In this document: positions 8,627-16,839 of the stretch, in pieces
Position numbering within the stretch: position 1 is the first letter of the stretch
Layout: the number at the start of each line of letters is the position of its first letter
Source of the DNA: an uncultured Methanosarcinales archaeon
Lineage (GTDB): Archaea; Nanobdellota; Nanobdellia; Woesearchaeales; GW2011-AR9
DNA: 32,377 nt
Assembly: GCA_964502785.1 (NCBI GenBank)
Contig: CAZCXW010000009.1
Span: forward strand, 1 to 32,377
Reading direction: 5' to 3'
Translations under genes and position numbers: made by a program
The notes under the pieces: generated by a model
Databases searched by the model: none
What the model saw: only the letters and a program-made list of their open reading frames with translations
What the model was told of the DNA's origin: nothing

Positions 8627-8797
8627 TCAATTTGGCCCAGTAAAGTTGCATTCCGGGCAGGAATATTTAATTGCATTTACCCGCGCATACGAACTGCGGA
8701 CAATTTCAAACTTGCCGCACTGCGGGCACAGAAACGACGCTGCGCCATGGTCATTCTCAATTCTTTTTTTTGTGGAAATACATATTTTTGCATCCAT
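8627..8797 (-). CDS. Small Zn-ribbon protein (COG2888-like, translation-associated); not in the ORF track
   Basis: Hand translation from ATG 8797: MDAKICISTKKRIENDHGAASFLCPQCGKFEIVRSSYARVNAIKYSCPECNFTGPN, with stop TGA at 8629-8627. It ends 11 nt upstream of the aEF-1beta start. A Zn-ribbon gene next to aEF-1beta is, as I recall, a conserved archaeal neighbourhood. TATA-like tttataaat lies about 26-30 nt upstream. Confidence 0.75.
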   Translation of the reverse strand: MDAKICISTKKRIENDHGAASFLCPQCGKFEIVRSSYARVNAIKYSCPECNFTGPN

Positions 8798-8976
8798 AAA
8801 AGCCACAGAACGAGATTTATTTATAAATGTTTTTCAGGCAAATGGGGGAGTGTTGACTTGGAGTTAAACAAACCAATAGTCTTAGCAATAATCTACAAGC
8901 CAGAAATTTTAGACATCTTCGGTGTGGTTATGGAAAAACATGAAGATAATATAGAAAAAAAGATCATGACTTGTTA

Positions 8977-10077
8977 CTAATTTATTTTTTCTTCCACACT
9001 AATTACATTATTTTCCATTTTAAATCCCACCGACAGGAATTTCTCTACGACATAAATATTTGTAAGAGTATGATCATTAACTTTGTTCCCTTGAATGGAA
9101 GAACCAGGCAGCAATCCCATGTAAAGAATTAATTGATCCATCAAATGCGCATCCACCGCCGCTTCAGCCTCGATTTCTTTTTCCAGTTCCTGCGCCGCTT
9201 CTCTCCCAATTTCTTCAGAACTCTTCCCTTTTTCAATGAGCGCGTCTCCTCCCAACAAAACAGGATTGTCATAATCCACGCGTCTTTCATTGCTGAATAC
9301 TCCCCATAACAGAATCTCTCCGCCGATGCTTCGGGCTTTTGTATATTCTACTCTTATATTTAGGGGGGCTTTATAATCTTTCAAGACATTTTCCGCTGCC
9401 TTTTTAATCCTCTCTCCTACTTCCTTTTCTTGCAACTCCAAAGAAACATTAACAATCCCTTTTATCTGCTCTAATTTTCCTTGCTTGCACAATGAAATCT
9501 TTACCGTTTTATACTTCATTTCTTCCAGCAAAGCAGGTACTGACGCAAATTCATCCACTTTAAAGCGCGGTGTAATTTCCACCACCGCTTCTCCCCCTCC
9601 TTGCGGATAATATCCACGTTTTAATATCTTCAGTTCTATTTTCTCTACGAATCGCAGCAGCTGAGGAAAAAGAATATTTTGAATATAATCAACAGAAGCC
9701 TGCCATTTTCCGCAAGTCCCTCCTTTAAGCTTAAATGTCACTTTCCCTGGCGCAAAGAGCGCTGGCAGCGTCAGAGATTGTAAAAGCAAAGCAATACTCC
9801 CCGCCGTCCCGATATCAAACTCAAAAACTCCTTTTTGGATTTTTCCCGGCCTAAAATATAATTCTGTCGAACCAATCTCTACTTTATTCGTTACGGCATT
9901 GCCTAACTGCTGCAAAGCGTGGATTGCCGTCAGATGCTGCGCTTTTAATCCTGGCTCGTCTCTCCCAGCGCGGATATTTGTTACTTTAAATTCTTGTCCC
10001 GTTAAGGTCGCAAGAGCCAGCGCCGTTCGCACCAACGCGCCGCCACCTTCTCCATAGTTGCCGTCTAATTCAATCAT
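8977..10077 (-). CDS. rtcA: RNA 3'-terminal phosphate cyclase
   Basis: GGGALVRTALALATLTGQEFKVTNIRAGRDEPGLKAQHLTAI plus the His-containing AVDAHLMDQLILYM (adenylylation site region). Confidence 0.9.
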   Translation of the reverse strand: MIELDGNYGEGGGALVRTALALATLTGQEFKVTNIRAGRDEPGLKAQHLTAIHALQQLGNAVTNKVEIGSTELYFRPGKIQKGVFEFDIGTAGSIALLLQSLTLPALFAPGKVTFKLKGGTCGKWQASVDYIQNILFPQLLRFVEKIELKILKRGYYPQGGGEAVVEITPRFKVDEFASVPALLEEMKYKTVKISLCKQGKLEQIKGIVNVSLELQEKEVGERIKKAAENVLKDYKAPLNIRVEYTKARSIGGEILLWGVFSNERRVDYDNPVLLGGDALIEKGKSSEEIGREAAQELEKEIEAEAAVDAHLMDQLILYMGLLPGSSIQGNKVNDHTLTNIYVVEKFLSVGFKMENNVISVEEKIN

Positions 10078-10649
10078 TGTTCTTCAAAAAGATGCCCCAT
10101 CTTTTCTTTTTTTGTAAGCAGATATCGCCTGTTTTCCTCTGTTGGTCTGGTCGTCAGAGGAATTCTCGTGACTAAAATTCCTTTTTCATTTAAGACTTCT
10201 TGTTTTTTTGGATTATTTGTCAGAAGCCGAATCGAAGAAATTTTTAAATCATGGAGAATTTCCGCCGCCACGGCAAACTCTCTTTCATCATCATTAAACC
10301 CCAGCGCGTTATTGGCTTCTACTGTATCTAAACCTTTATCCTGCAGGGCATACGCTTTTATTTTATTGAATAATCCTATGCCTCTTCCTTCCTGCCGCAA
10401 ATAGACGAGAATGCCTCCTTCCTCACCGATGATCTTTAACGCTTTTATCAGTTGGGCTTGACAGTCGCAGCGCAGCGAATGAAAAACTTCTCCCGTCAAG
10501 CATTCGGAATGAACGCGCACTACGCAATTATTTTTTGCTTCTTTAATTAACACCGCATGCTCTTTCTGATCAGACGTTTTGTAAATATGCACTGTGAATT
10601 CCCCAAACTTTGTGGGGAGCTTGGCCGAAGCCGTTTTCATAATCATCAT
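10074..10649 (-). CDS. ribA: GTP cyclohydrolase II (bacterial RibA type)
   Basis: VRVHSECLTGEVFHSLRCDCQAQL (three Zn Cys residues), YLRQEGRGIGLFNKIKAYALQDKGLDTVEAN and LLTNNPKK. Near-collinear with E. coli RibA. Overlaps rtcA by 4 nt. Confidence 0.9.
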   Translation of the reverse strand: MMIMKTASAKLPTKFGEFTVHIYKTSDQKEHAVLIKEAKNNCVVRVHSECLTGEVFHSLRCDCQAQLIKALKIIGEEGGILVYLRQEGRGIGLFNKIKAYALQDKGLDTVEANNALGFNDDEREFAVAAEILHDLKISSIRLLTNNPKKQEVLNEKGILVTRIPLTTRPTEENRRYLLTKKEKMGHLFEEQ

Positions 10650-10774
10650 CGCTCTAAGAACGTTCTGATATAAATTAATTTAGGATTATTTTTCTAGAGA
10701 AAAGTTTATCCTTCATAAAATAAGTGACGGCAAACCGTTTCCTTTTTGAGGTCAACGCCATTCGGAGCAAAACC

Positions 10775-10785
10775 TTAATAAAATA
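10775..10785 (+). promoter_or_regulatory. TATA-like box for tRNA-Trp
   Basis: ttaataaaata lies 22-32 nt upstream of the predicted tRNA 5' end (10807). Confidence 0.45.
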
Positions 10786-10806
10786 ACTATTTTTCTAGTG
10801 CTTTGT

Positions 10807-10958
10807 GGGGCTGTAGTATAACCTGGTAGAATAAGGGCCTCCAGTACTGGAGGATTGAGCGTCAAGCGATGACAATACCTTCCCCTGTGGTTAGCCTTTG
10901 ATCTGGGGATTAGCAAGCACGCGCTTGTTATTCAGAAATTCAAATCCCAGCAGCCCCA
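10807..10958 (+). tRNA. tRNA-Trp(CCA) with two apparent introns (48 nt at 37/38; 31 nt in the T-loop at 53/54)
   Basis: Hand fold. Acceptor GGGGCTG (10807-13) pairs with CAGCCCC (10951-57), discriminator A. D arm GTAT/GAAT is weak. Anticodon stem AGGGC (10834-38) pairs with GCCTT (10894-98), with loop CT-CCA-G then intron 10845-10892 then A. T stem CTGGG (10903-07) pairs with CCCAG (10946-50) and T loop TTCAAAT (10939-45) is preceded by a 31-nt insert (10908-10938). Spliced length is 73 nt. Confidence 0.7.
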
Positions 10959-11018
10959 CTTTTATTTAGTTATCAGTGTCCCTTCTATTTTATATATTTC
11001 TTTAATATTACTCGCATT

Positions 11019-12185
11019 ATGTCTCAAAAAAGAGGTCGTGATTGGTCGCTTCTTACTGCCGCTGCCCTCCTCATTGGCACCGTGATTGGCGCGGGAATTC
11101 TGGGCATCCCTTACGTTGTCGCCAAAGCCGGCTTTTGGTACGGGGTTTTGTTGGTGCTGGGACTGGGCGTCGTTTATGTATTCTTGCATTTATTCCTTGG
11201 TGAAATTATTTTGAGAACAAAAGAACAGTACCAACTTACCGGATATGCGGGAAAATACCTTGGCCCATTAGGAAAAAAAGTGATGACTTTTTCTTTGCTC
11301 ATCAGCCTTTATGGGGCGCTCATTGCCTACATCATTGGCAGCGGAGAAACTCTCTATTATGTTTTTAAAATAGGTTCTCCCAGCGTCTGGTCTATTCTTT
11401 TTTTCCTCATCGCTGCAGGCATCATTTACCAGGGAATTAAAGCAGCCGGAAAAACAGAAATGCTTCTTACTCTTTTTCTTATCGGCACAGTGCTGGGCAT
11501 CGGTATTTTTTCTTTTGAACGTATCCATCTTCAGGAATTCACTTTTTTTCATCCCGCTTTTTTTTTCTTTCCATACGGCGTCATCCTCTTTGCCTATCAT
11601 GGGACGGCTGCTGTTCCTGAAATGCAGGAAGCTTTAGGCAAAAAGAAAAAATACCTCAAAATGGCTGTTCTCTTAGGTTCCGGCATTCCTATTATTATCT
11701 ATTTGCTCTTTACCTTTGTTGTTGTTGGCCTGATTGGTTTAGAGAATTTTGAATTGCTGGCGCCTAACCAGCGCATCGCCACCGTTGCCCTTGGCATCTA
11801 TTCACATCCACTCTTAGGCTTGCTTGCCAACATTTTTGCGACGTTAGCGATGTTCACTTCGTATTTAACTATCAGCCTCGCTCTGCGGGGAATTTATGAA
11901 TATGATTATAATATCTCAAAAAGAGTAGCTTTTAGTTTAACCGTGCTCGTCCCTTTAATCATTGCTCTTCTTGGCCTTACCTCGTTTATTACGATATTAA
12001 TGGTCACAGGAACATTGATTGGCGGGTTGGAAGGCAGCTTGATTGTTCTCATGTATTGGAAAGCTAAAAAAAATGGTGATAGGAACCCTGAATATTCTCT
12101 AAAAGCCCACTACTTTATTGGTTCCATTCTTCTCTTTTTCTTTATCATTGGAATTATTTATCAACTCTGGCACACCTTTCAATAA
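11019..12185 (+). CDS. Amino-acid permease (aromatic/hydroxy amino acid permease-like, multi-TM)
   Basis: About 11 hydrophobic segments. N-terminal LLIGTVIGAGILGIPYVVAKAGFWYG is typical of the Trp/Tyr (HAAAP/AAAP-like) permeases. TATA-like attttatatatt lies about 25 nt upstream of the ATG. Confidence 0.75.
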   Translation: MSQKRGRDWSLLTAAALLIGTVIGAGILGIPYVVAKAGFWYGVLLVLGLGVVYVFLHLFLGEIILRTKEQYQLTGYAGKYLGPLGKKVMTFSLLISLYGALIAYIIGSGETLYYVFKIGSPSVWSILFFLIAAGIIYQGIKAAGKTEMLLTLFLIGTVLGIGIFSFERIHLQEFTFFHPAFFFFPYGVILFAYHGTAAVPEMQEALGKKKKYLKMAVLLGSGIPIIIYLLFTFVVVGLIGLENFELLAPNQRIATVALGIYSHPLLGLLANIFATLAMFTSYLTISLALRGIYEYDYNISKRVAFSLTVLVPLIIALLGLTSFITILMVTGTLIGGLEGSLIVLMYWKAKKNGDRNPEYSLKAHYFIGSILLFFFIIGIIYQLWHTFQ

Positions 12186-12239
12186 GTTTCTTTTCATTCT
12201 CCCAAAGCTGGCTGCGATCGCCCATCATTCCAAATAATA

Positions 12240-12279
12240 GTCAAAGAAAGCAGACCACTGGTGGAAAGAGCAGATTCTA
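12240..12279 (+). repeat. Mosaic intergenic repeat, copy D (shortest form)
   Basis: GTCAAAGAAAGCAGACCACTGGTGGAAAGAGCAGATTCTA. It has the same 5' and 3' termini as copies B and A with almost all internal sequence missing. Confidence 0.75.
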
Positions 12280-12367
12280 TCTTTCGGTTCGTTTAGGCTA
12301 TATTATTATACTATCCTACAATAGTTCTCATCTGTAGCTACTCTAAAATACTAAAAGCAACGAAACA

Positions 12368-12376
12368 TTTATATAA
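12368..12376 (+). promoter_or_regulatory. TATA box of the S-layer-like gene
   Basis: tttatataa lies 56-64 nt upstream of the ATG, implying a roughly 30-nt 5' UTR carrying the SD. Confidence 0.5.
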
Positions 12377-12417
12377 GACTACGGTTTTGAGCTTCTAAAC
12401 ATACTTTTAAAAGATTT

Positions 12418-12422
12418 GGAGG
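12418..12422 (+). promoter_or_regulatory. Shine-Dalgarno GGAGG
   Basis: GGAGG lies 9 nt before ATG 12432, within TTGGAGGAAGATAA, which is identical to 6323-6336. Confidence 0.6.
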
Positions 12423-12431
12423 AAGATAAAA

Positions 12432-13778
12432 ATGAAGAAGCTAGGTATTTTGGCTTTGTTTGTTTTCAGCCTCTTAAGTGTTTTGGTAAGTGCTTCATTC
12501 ACGAGCCAAACCTTGCAGGTTGCAAACGTTGAGGTTAACGATATAGATGTTCAGTTGTTAGACCAGGCTCAAATCACCGCTCAAGGTGTAGATGCACGGT
12601 CTGGCGTTGTTGTTGATGAAGGCGAAGAGCTTGAAGTAAGCTTGACCTTGATTTCAACCGCAGATATCGAGAATGTTCAAGTGGAAGCGGAAATTAGAGG
12701 GTACGAATATGATGATTACGAAGACATTTCTGATCGAGTTCATGTCTTTGATTTGAAAGGAACTGTTGCTGCCCCTTCCCAAAAGAAAGTAAATTTGCGC
12801 TTAACATTGCCGCGTAAATTGGAAGACGACAGATACTTATTACGCATTACCGCAGATGATAAGGACAGCCCTTCCTTTGTTGGTTATGTTGTCTTGCAAG
12901 TAGAACCGACCAGACATGGCGTTGATGTTGCCGATGTTGTCTTTTCACCAGGCAATGTTGTAAAAGCTGGACGTTCTTTGCTTGCTACTGTGCTTTTGGA
13001 AAACTACGGAGATAAAGTAGAACGAGATGTTAAAGTTGTTGTCGAAATTCCAGCTCTTGGCGTGCGCGCTGCTGAATTTGTTGACAAAGTAGATGTCGAA
13101 AGCATCGTTGATACCGCTACCCAAAGAACTGGCAGCAACGTTGAATACGAAGACGTGCCTGAAATGTTCCTTGCTATTCCAGCTACCGCTGAAGCAGGCG
13201 AATATGAAGTTATCGTCCGCGTCCTCTACGACAATCTTCGTGAAGAAATTGTTCAAAAGCATCTTGTAACCGTTGTTGAGAATCCTATGTTTGCGCCGCA
13301 AGAAACCGGGGAACAACGCTTAATTTTAGCTGTTGGCCCGCAAGCGCAAAATGTTCGCATCGGTGAAACAGGAGTATATGCTATTGCTTTAAATAACGAA
13401 GGAAAGACCTCTGAAGCATACACGCTTGAACTTGTCAACAATAACTGGGCGACTGCCGCATTAAGCGAATCGCTCATTGTTCTCAGCCCAGGCAAAAATA
13501 AAGTAGTGTATGTGGATGTAACTCCATTGTCAGATGCTGCTGTTGGCAGCCATACTTTAAGTGTTGCTGTGAAGAAAGGAATTGATGTCCTTGAAACCGT
13601 AACCTTAAACGCTAATGTCGCTGCTGCCGCAGAACAACCGCAAGGAGAGAGCATCAGCTTGCGTAACGGCTTGGAGATTGCCTTAATCGTCTTGGTTGTC
13701 TTGCTGATTATCATCGGCTTAATCGTTGGTTTCAGCAGACTCCGTAAAGACGACGATGAGGAGAAAACTTACTACTAA
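12432..13778 (+). CDS. S-layer-like / CARDB-type cell-surface protein with C-terminal TM anchor
   Basis: Signal peptide MKKLGILALFVFSLLSVLVSA/S. Acidic beta-rich body with CARDB-like segments (VVFSPGNVVKAGRSLLATVLLENYGDKVERDVKVVV; GETGVYAIALNNEGKTSEAYTLEL). C-terminal TM EIALIVLVVLLIIIGLIVGF followed by RLRKDDDEEKTYY. Strong SD and terminator. Confidence 0.7.
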   Translation: MKKLGILALFVFSLLSVLVSASFTSQTLQVANVEVNDIDVQLLDQAQITAQGVDARSGVVVDEGEELEVSLTLISTADIENVQVEAEIRGYEYDDYEDISDRVHVFDLKGTVAAPSQKKVNLRLTLPRKLEDDRYLLRITADDKDSPSFVGYVVLQVEPTRHGVDVADVVFSPGNVVKAGRSLLATVLLENYGDKVERDVKVVVEIPALGVRAAEFVDKVDVESIVDTATQRTGSNVEYEDVPEMFLAIPATAEAGEYEVIVRVLYDNLREEIVQKHLVTVVENPMFAPQETGEQRLILAVGPQAQNVRIGETGVYAIALNNEGKTSEAYTLELVNNNWATAALSESLIVLSPGKNKVVYVDVTPLSDAAVGSHTLSVAVKKGIDVLETVTLNANVAAAAEQPQGESISLRNGLEIALIVLVVLLIIIGLIVGFSRLRKDDDEEKTYY

Positions 13779-13781
13779 GTA

Positions 13782-13822
13782 GGAGGCTTCCTCCAAATCT
13801 TTTTTTATTTTATTTTTATTTG
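13782..13822 (+). terminator. Hairpin plus T-tracts after the S-layer-like gene
   Basis: GGAGG-ctt-CCTCC (13782-13794) followed by tctttttttattttatttttattt. Confidence 0.55.
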
Positions 13823-13912
13823 TATTCTTGGTTAAGAAATGAATAACTTCTGGATAACACAAAGAATCAATTTATCAAAATCTTAATAAATGCATTATTA
13901 AAATAATCCGCT

Positions 13913-14533
13913 ATGGCTAAGAAAGTATATCTTATTTCTGGACATCCTCCTCAAGGGGGATTGCCATTTATTGATCAACAATGTTTAAATGAGAGTGAAA
14001 ATAAAAATGTATTAGTGTTAAATCTTACAACTTCTGATAGAGATAAACTAGCCTCTAAAGAAAGAGCGCTTAAAGATTATTTTATGCAATTAGGCGCAAC
14101 TCGTGTAAAATTCCTATCGCCAGACACATCAGACTCTGCAAGCAGAGAACTCTTCAAAAGAGCAGGCTTGCTTTATCTTCCAGGAGGAGACACCATAACC
14201 TTAATGGATAATATCGGAACAAAAGGATTGGATTCTTTGATTTCTTCGTTTAACGGAATCATCGAAGGGCATAGCGCTGGAGCCTATGTTCTCTGTCCAG
14301 AATACCTGAAAATAAGCGAAGAAAATATTCAACTAATTCCCACTCTTGGTTTAGTGCCATTCCATGTAAAAGCGCATTATGAGGAGAAATTGGACCATTC
14401 CTTAGAAGAATTATCATACGGAAGGGTAATATATGCTCTCCAAAATGGATCTGCGCTTATTGTCCATGAAGAAAATCTCGAGTTTGTGGGAAATATCTGG
14501 AAATTTTATGAAGGAAGGAAAGAGAAAGTCTAA
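13913..14533 (+). CDS. Peptidase S51 family (dipeptidase E / cyanophycinase-like)
   Basis: LYLPGGDTITLMDNI...GLDSLI and the nucleophile motif EGHSAGAYVL; 206 aa. Confidence 0.7.
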   Translation: MAKKVYLISGHPPQGGLPFIDQQCLNESENKNVLVLNLTTSDRDKLASKERALKDYFMQLGATRVKFLSPDTSDSASRELFKRAGLLYLPGGDTITLMDNIGTKGLDSLISSFNGIIEGHSAGAYVLCPEYLKISEENIQLIPTLGLVPFHVKAHYEEKLDHSLEELSYGRVIYALQNGSALIVHEENLEFVGNIWKFYEGRKEKV

Positions 14534-14594
14534 ACTTTTCAATCAAACTTTAGTTCGATAACCTTTTTATATCCACTTTCAGCTTCCATGACAA

Positions 14595-15683
14595 ATGAAA
14601 GTAGCAATTATCGGTGCTGGTCCCATCGGCTGTTATGCCGGCTACTTATTGGCAAAAGCCGGCCATTATGTTTCTATTTACGAAAATCATGGCCAAATCG
14701 GTACTCCTATTCAATGCACCGGACTTCTTACCTCTGATTTTGATCAATTTAATTTTCCTATGGATTCTTTCCTTGTCAATACCTTTTCGCGAATTTCCGT
14801 GTTTTCTCCGAACCATCAGCTTGAAATCAAACAGAAAGAATATCTCGTCTGCCGTACACGTTTCGATAATTTCTTTGCCGATCTCGCTAAAAATGCAGGC
14901 GCTTCTATTTTTGTAAACCATTCATTTATTCGCAAAGAAGGCAATACTTTGATCATTAAAGATTCGCAGTGTGCTCAGGAAAAGAAAATCAATCCTGATC
15001 TCGTCCTCGCCGCTGACGGTCCTTTATCTCCTACCGCAAAAGCGTATGGCTTCTATTATCCTAAACGAGAAAATTATTTTGGTATCCAAGCCACCGTCAA
15101 AGGAAACTTTGATCCCACTCAATTTAAGGCCTATTTTGGAGAAAAAGTCTGCCCTGAACTTTTTGCCTGGATTGTTCCTGAATCTCTTACAATTGCCAGA
15201 GTCGGTTTAGCGATGCGCAGGAATTCCCGGGAATACTTTGATACGTTCATGAAAGAACATCATTTTAAAGCTCTCGAAATACAAGCTGGCGCTATTCCCG
15301 TCTATCATCCTCATCAAGAACTGAAAAAAGATAATTGTTACGTTCTTGGTGATGCCGCGGGCATGGTCAAAGCCACTACATTAGGCGGTTTAGTGCCTGG
15401 TTTAAAGCAGGCGGAGATTCTCGCGGATTGTTTAATTCACCACAAAAATTATGAAAAAGCCATCGCTCCACTTGCCAGAAAATTACGGCTTCATTTAGCG
15501 GTACGCAAGATTTTTGATAAATTCTCTGATAAAGACTGGGACAGGCTCGTTTCATTTATTTCCCAGCCGAAAGTGCAGAACATCTTTGAGCGCTACACTC
15601 GCGATAATCCTCTTCCGCTGGTGAGTATGGCTCTTTTGAAGGAACCACGATTCCTATATTTTGCGAAGCATTTGATTGGATAA
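14595..15683 (+). CDS. Geranylgeranyl reductase family flavoprotein (archaeal lipid saturation)
   Basis: FAD fingerprint MKVAIIGAGPIGCYAGYLLAKAGHYVSIYE, and GDAAGMVKATTLGG near the C-terminal third. TATA-like cctttttatatcc lies about 28 nt upstream. Confidence 0.8.
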   Translation: MKVAIIGAGPIGCYAGYLLAKAGHYVSIYENHGQIGTPIQCTGLLTSDFDQFNFPMDSFLVNTFSRISVFSPNHQLEIKQKEYLVCRTRFDNFFADLAKNAGASIFVNHSFIRKEGNTLIIKDSQCAQEKKINPDLVLAADGPLSPTAKAYGFYYPKRENYFGIQATVKGNFDPTQFKAYFGEKVCPELFAWIVPESLTIARVGLAMRRNSREYFDTFMKEHHFKALEIQAGAIPVYHPHQELKKDNCYVLGDAAGMVKATTLGGLVPGLKQAEILADCLIHHKNYEKAIAPLARKLRLHLAVRKIFDKFSDKDWDRLVSFISQPKVQNIFERYTRDNPLPLVSMALLKEPRFLYFAKHLIG

Positions 15684-16784
15684 TTAATATACATCATCCT
15701 TCGTCGCATCCGTCGTAATCTCTTCTCCTTTCTTAATATCTTTCAAGGCTACATCACATTTTTTCTTTAGATTCTGGATAGTATTTGGTTTTGGTGAATG
15801 ATTCACATATCTCTCGGGAACAGAATAAAGATAAATAGCACCCCTTTGCTTATGAGTAAACTGTTTCTCCTCTTCAGGTAGTTGTTGGTATTCTTTTTCC
15901 GTCAAAGGTGTAAGATTATACTGTATTACTGCTTCTCCTTTCTTAAAATCTCTCTTCGCAAAAACTCCCTTGCTAAACTGCCCTATTTTTGATTTTTTAA
16001 TAATTAAATCAGCACCATCTCTATTATCATCCACAAACTCCTTCAACACCTTCACATACTCTTTATTCAGTCCTCCCAAACGAAAGATAACTATTTCTTC
16101 AATCCCTATATCTTGCATCAACTGCAGATCACGTTTAAGATCCTGCGGTGATAAAATGGGTTCCCTGCCGAGAATACCGGGAGCGATAGTCCCCAGAGCA
16201 ACAGATAATTTATTGCCATATTTGTCATGCAATCGTTTAATATTGCCTAACAAAAATCTACCAGCTTCTTTATGCATTGAAGAGTAATACATTACTATTT
16301 TTTTATTGCCATATTTACGTGGAGAAAAAGAAACACCGAGGCGTATTAGGAAAAATTCAGCAAGTTTGCTTTTAAGAGGGTATTCACTTGTAGCCATGAT
16401 TTCCCCATACTTTCTCAAAAAACGCTTAATACGCAGCCTATTGACAAAGAAATGATCGATGCGGAAGAATAATTTAGGATGACGAAACGGAAGTTCCGCA
16501 TCCCACATAATAAATGGGATTCTTTTAGCTTCTTTAATTTCCTTTATTATCCGCTGCAATGCTTCAGGCTTACTAAAAGGACTAAGCCAATATCCTTCTT
16601 CTTTTTTTAACACTGGCCAATACGCAAATGTGATATTCTTTTTCCGATACTTCTGTGCAAGATTTTGAAATTGTTCTAGGCTCTCTACTGCCAGATAAAT
16701 TGTACTGTTCCAAGCAATTGTCTTTAATTTTGCTATATTTTCTGCCGTAGGAAACTCTTCGAAGAAATTAATTTGCATCTCCAA
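15684..16784 (-). CDS. Fusion protein: unknown roughly 250-aa N-terminal domain plus C-terminal SET-domain methyltransferase
   Basis: The C-terminal roughly 110 aa carry KGVFAKRDFKKGEAVIQY, RYVNHSPKPNT (NHSxxPN) and KGEEITTDA (GEE-x-T-x-D). The N-terminal domain has no motif I recognise. Confidence 0.7.
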   Translation of the reverse strand: MEMQINFFEEFPTAENIAKLKTIAWNSTIYLAVESLEQFQNLAQKYRKKNITFAYWPVLKKEEGYWLSPFSKPEALQRIIKEIKEAKRIPFIMWDAELPFRHPKLFFRIDHFFVNRLRIKRFLRKYGEIMATSEYPLKSKLAEFFLIRLGVSFSPRKYGNKKIVMYYSSMHKEAGRFLLGNIKRLHDKYGNKLSVALGTIAPGILGREPILSPQDLKRDLQLMQDIGIEEIVIFRLGGLNKEYVKVLKEFVDDNRDGADLIIKKSKIGQFSKGVFAKRDFKKGEAVIQYNLTPLTEKEYQQLPEEEKQFTHKQRGAIYLYSVPERYVNHSPKPNTIQNLKKKCDVALKDIKKGEEITTDATKDDVY

Positions 16785-16839
16785 GCAATACTATTCTAAA
16801 ATATAAATCTATTTAAAAGCGACAGCGTAGATCTTTTTG

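Noticed and set aside
8609-8980. Plus-strand ORFs 8609-8980 and 8646-8867
   Set aside because: They lie antisense to the Zn-ribbon gene and its promoter, their translations are compositionally odd, and the minus-strand reading gives a conserved-type Zn-ribbon in operon position.
10845-10892. Box C/D guide RNA inside the tRNA-Trp intron, as known for euryarchaeal pre-tRNA-Trp
   Set aside because: Only a partial GAUGA (10868-10872) is present, and CUGU stands where CUGA would be needed. The intron (48 nt) is too short for full C/D plus C'/D' sets, so the idea is not supportable by eye.
11268-11600. Antisense ORFs within the permease, S-layer, GGR, ABC and ABCE1 genes, for example 11268-11600, 13253-13714, 14614-14916, 20074-20433 and 23884-24300
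   Set aside because: Each overlaps a much longer ORF with clear family motifs on the other strand or frame. There is no independent evidence of coding.
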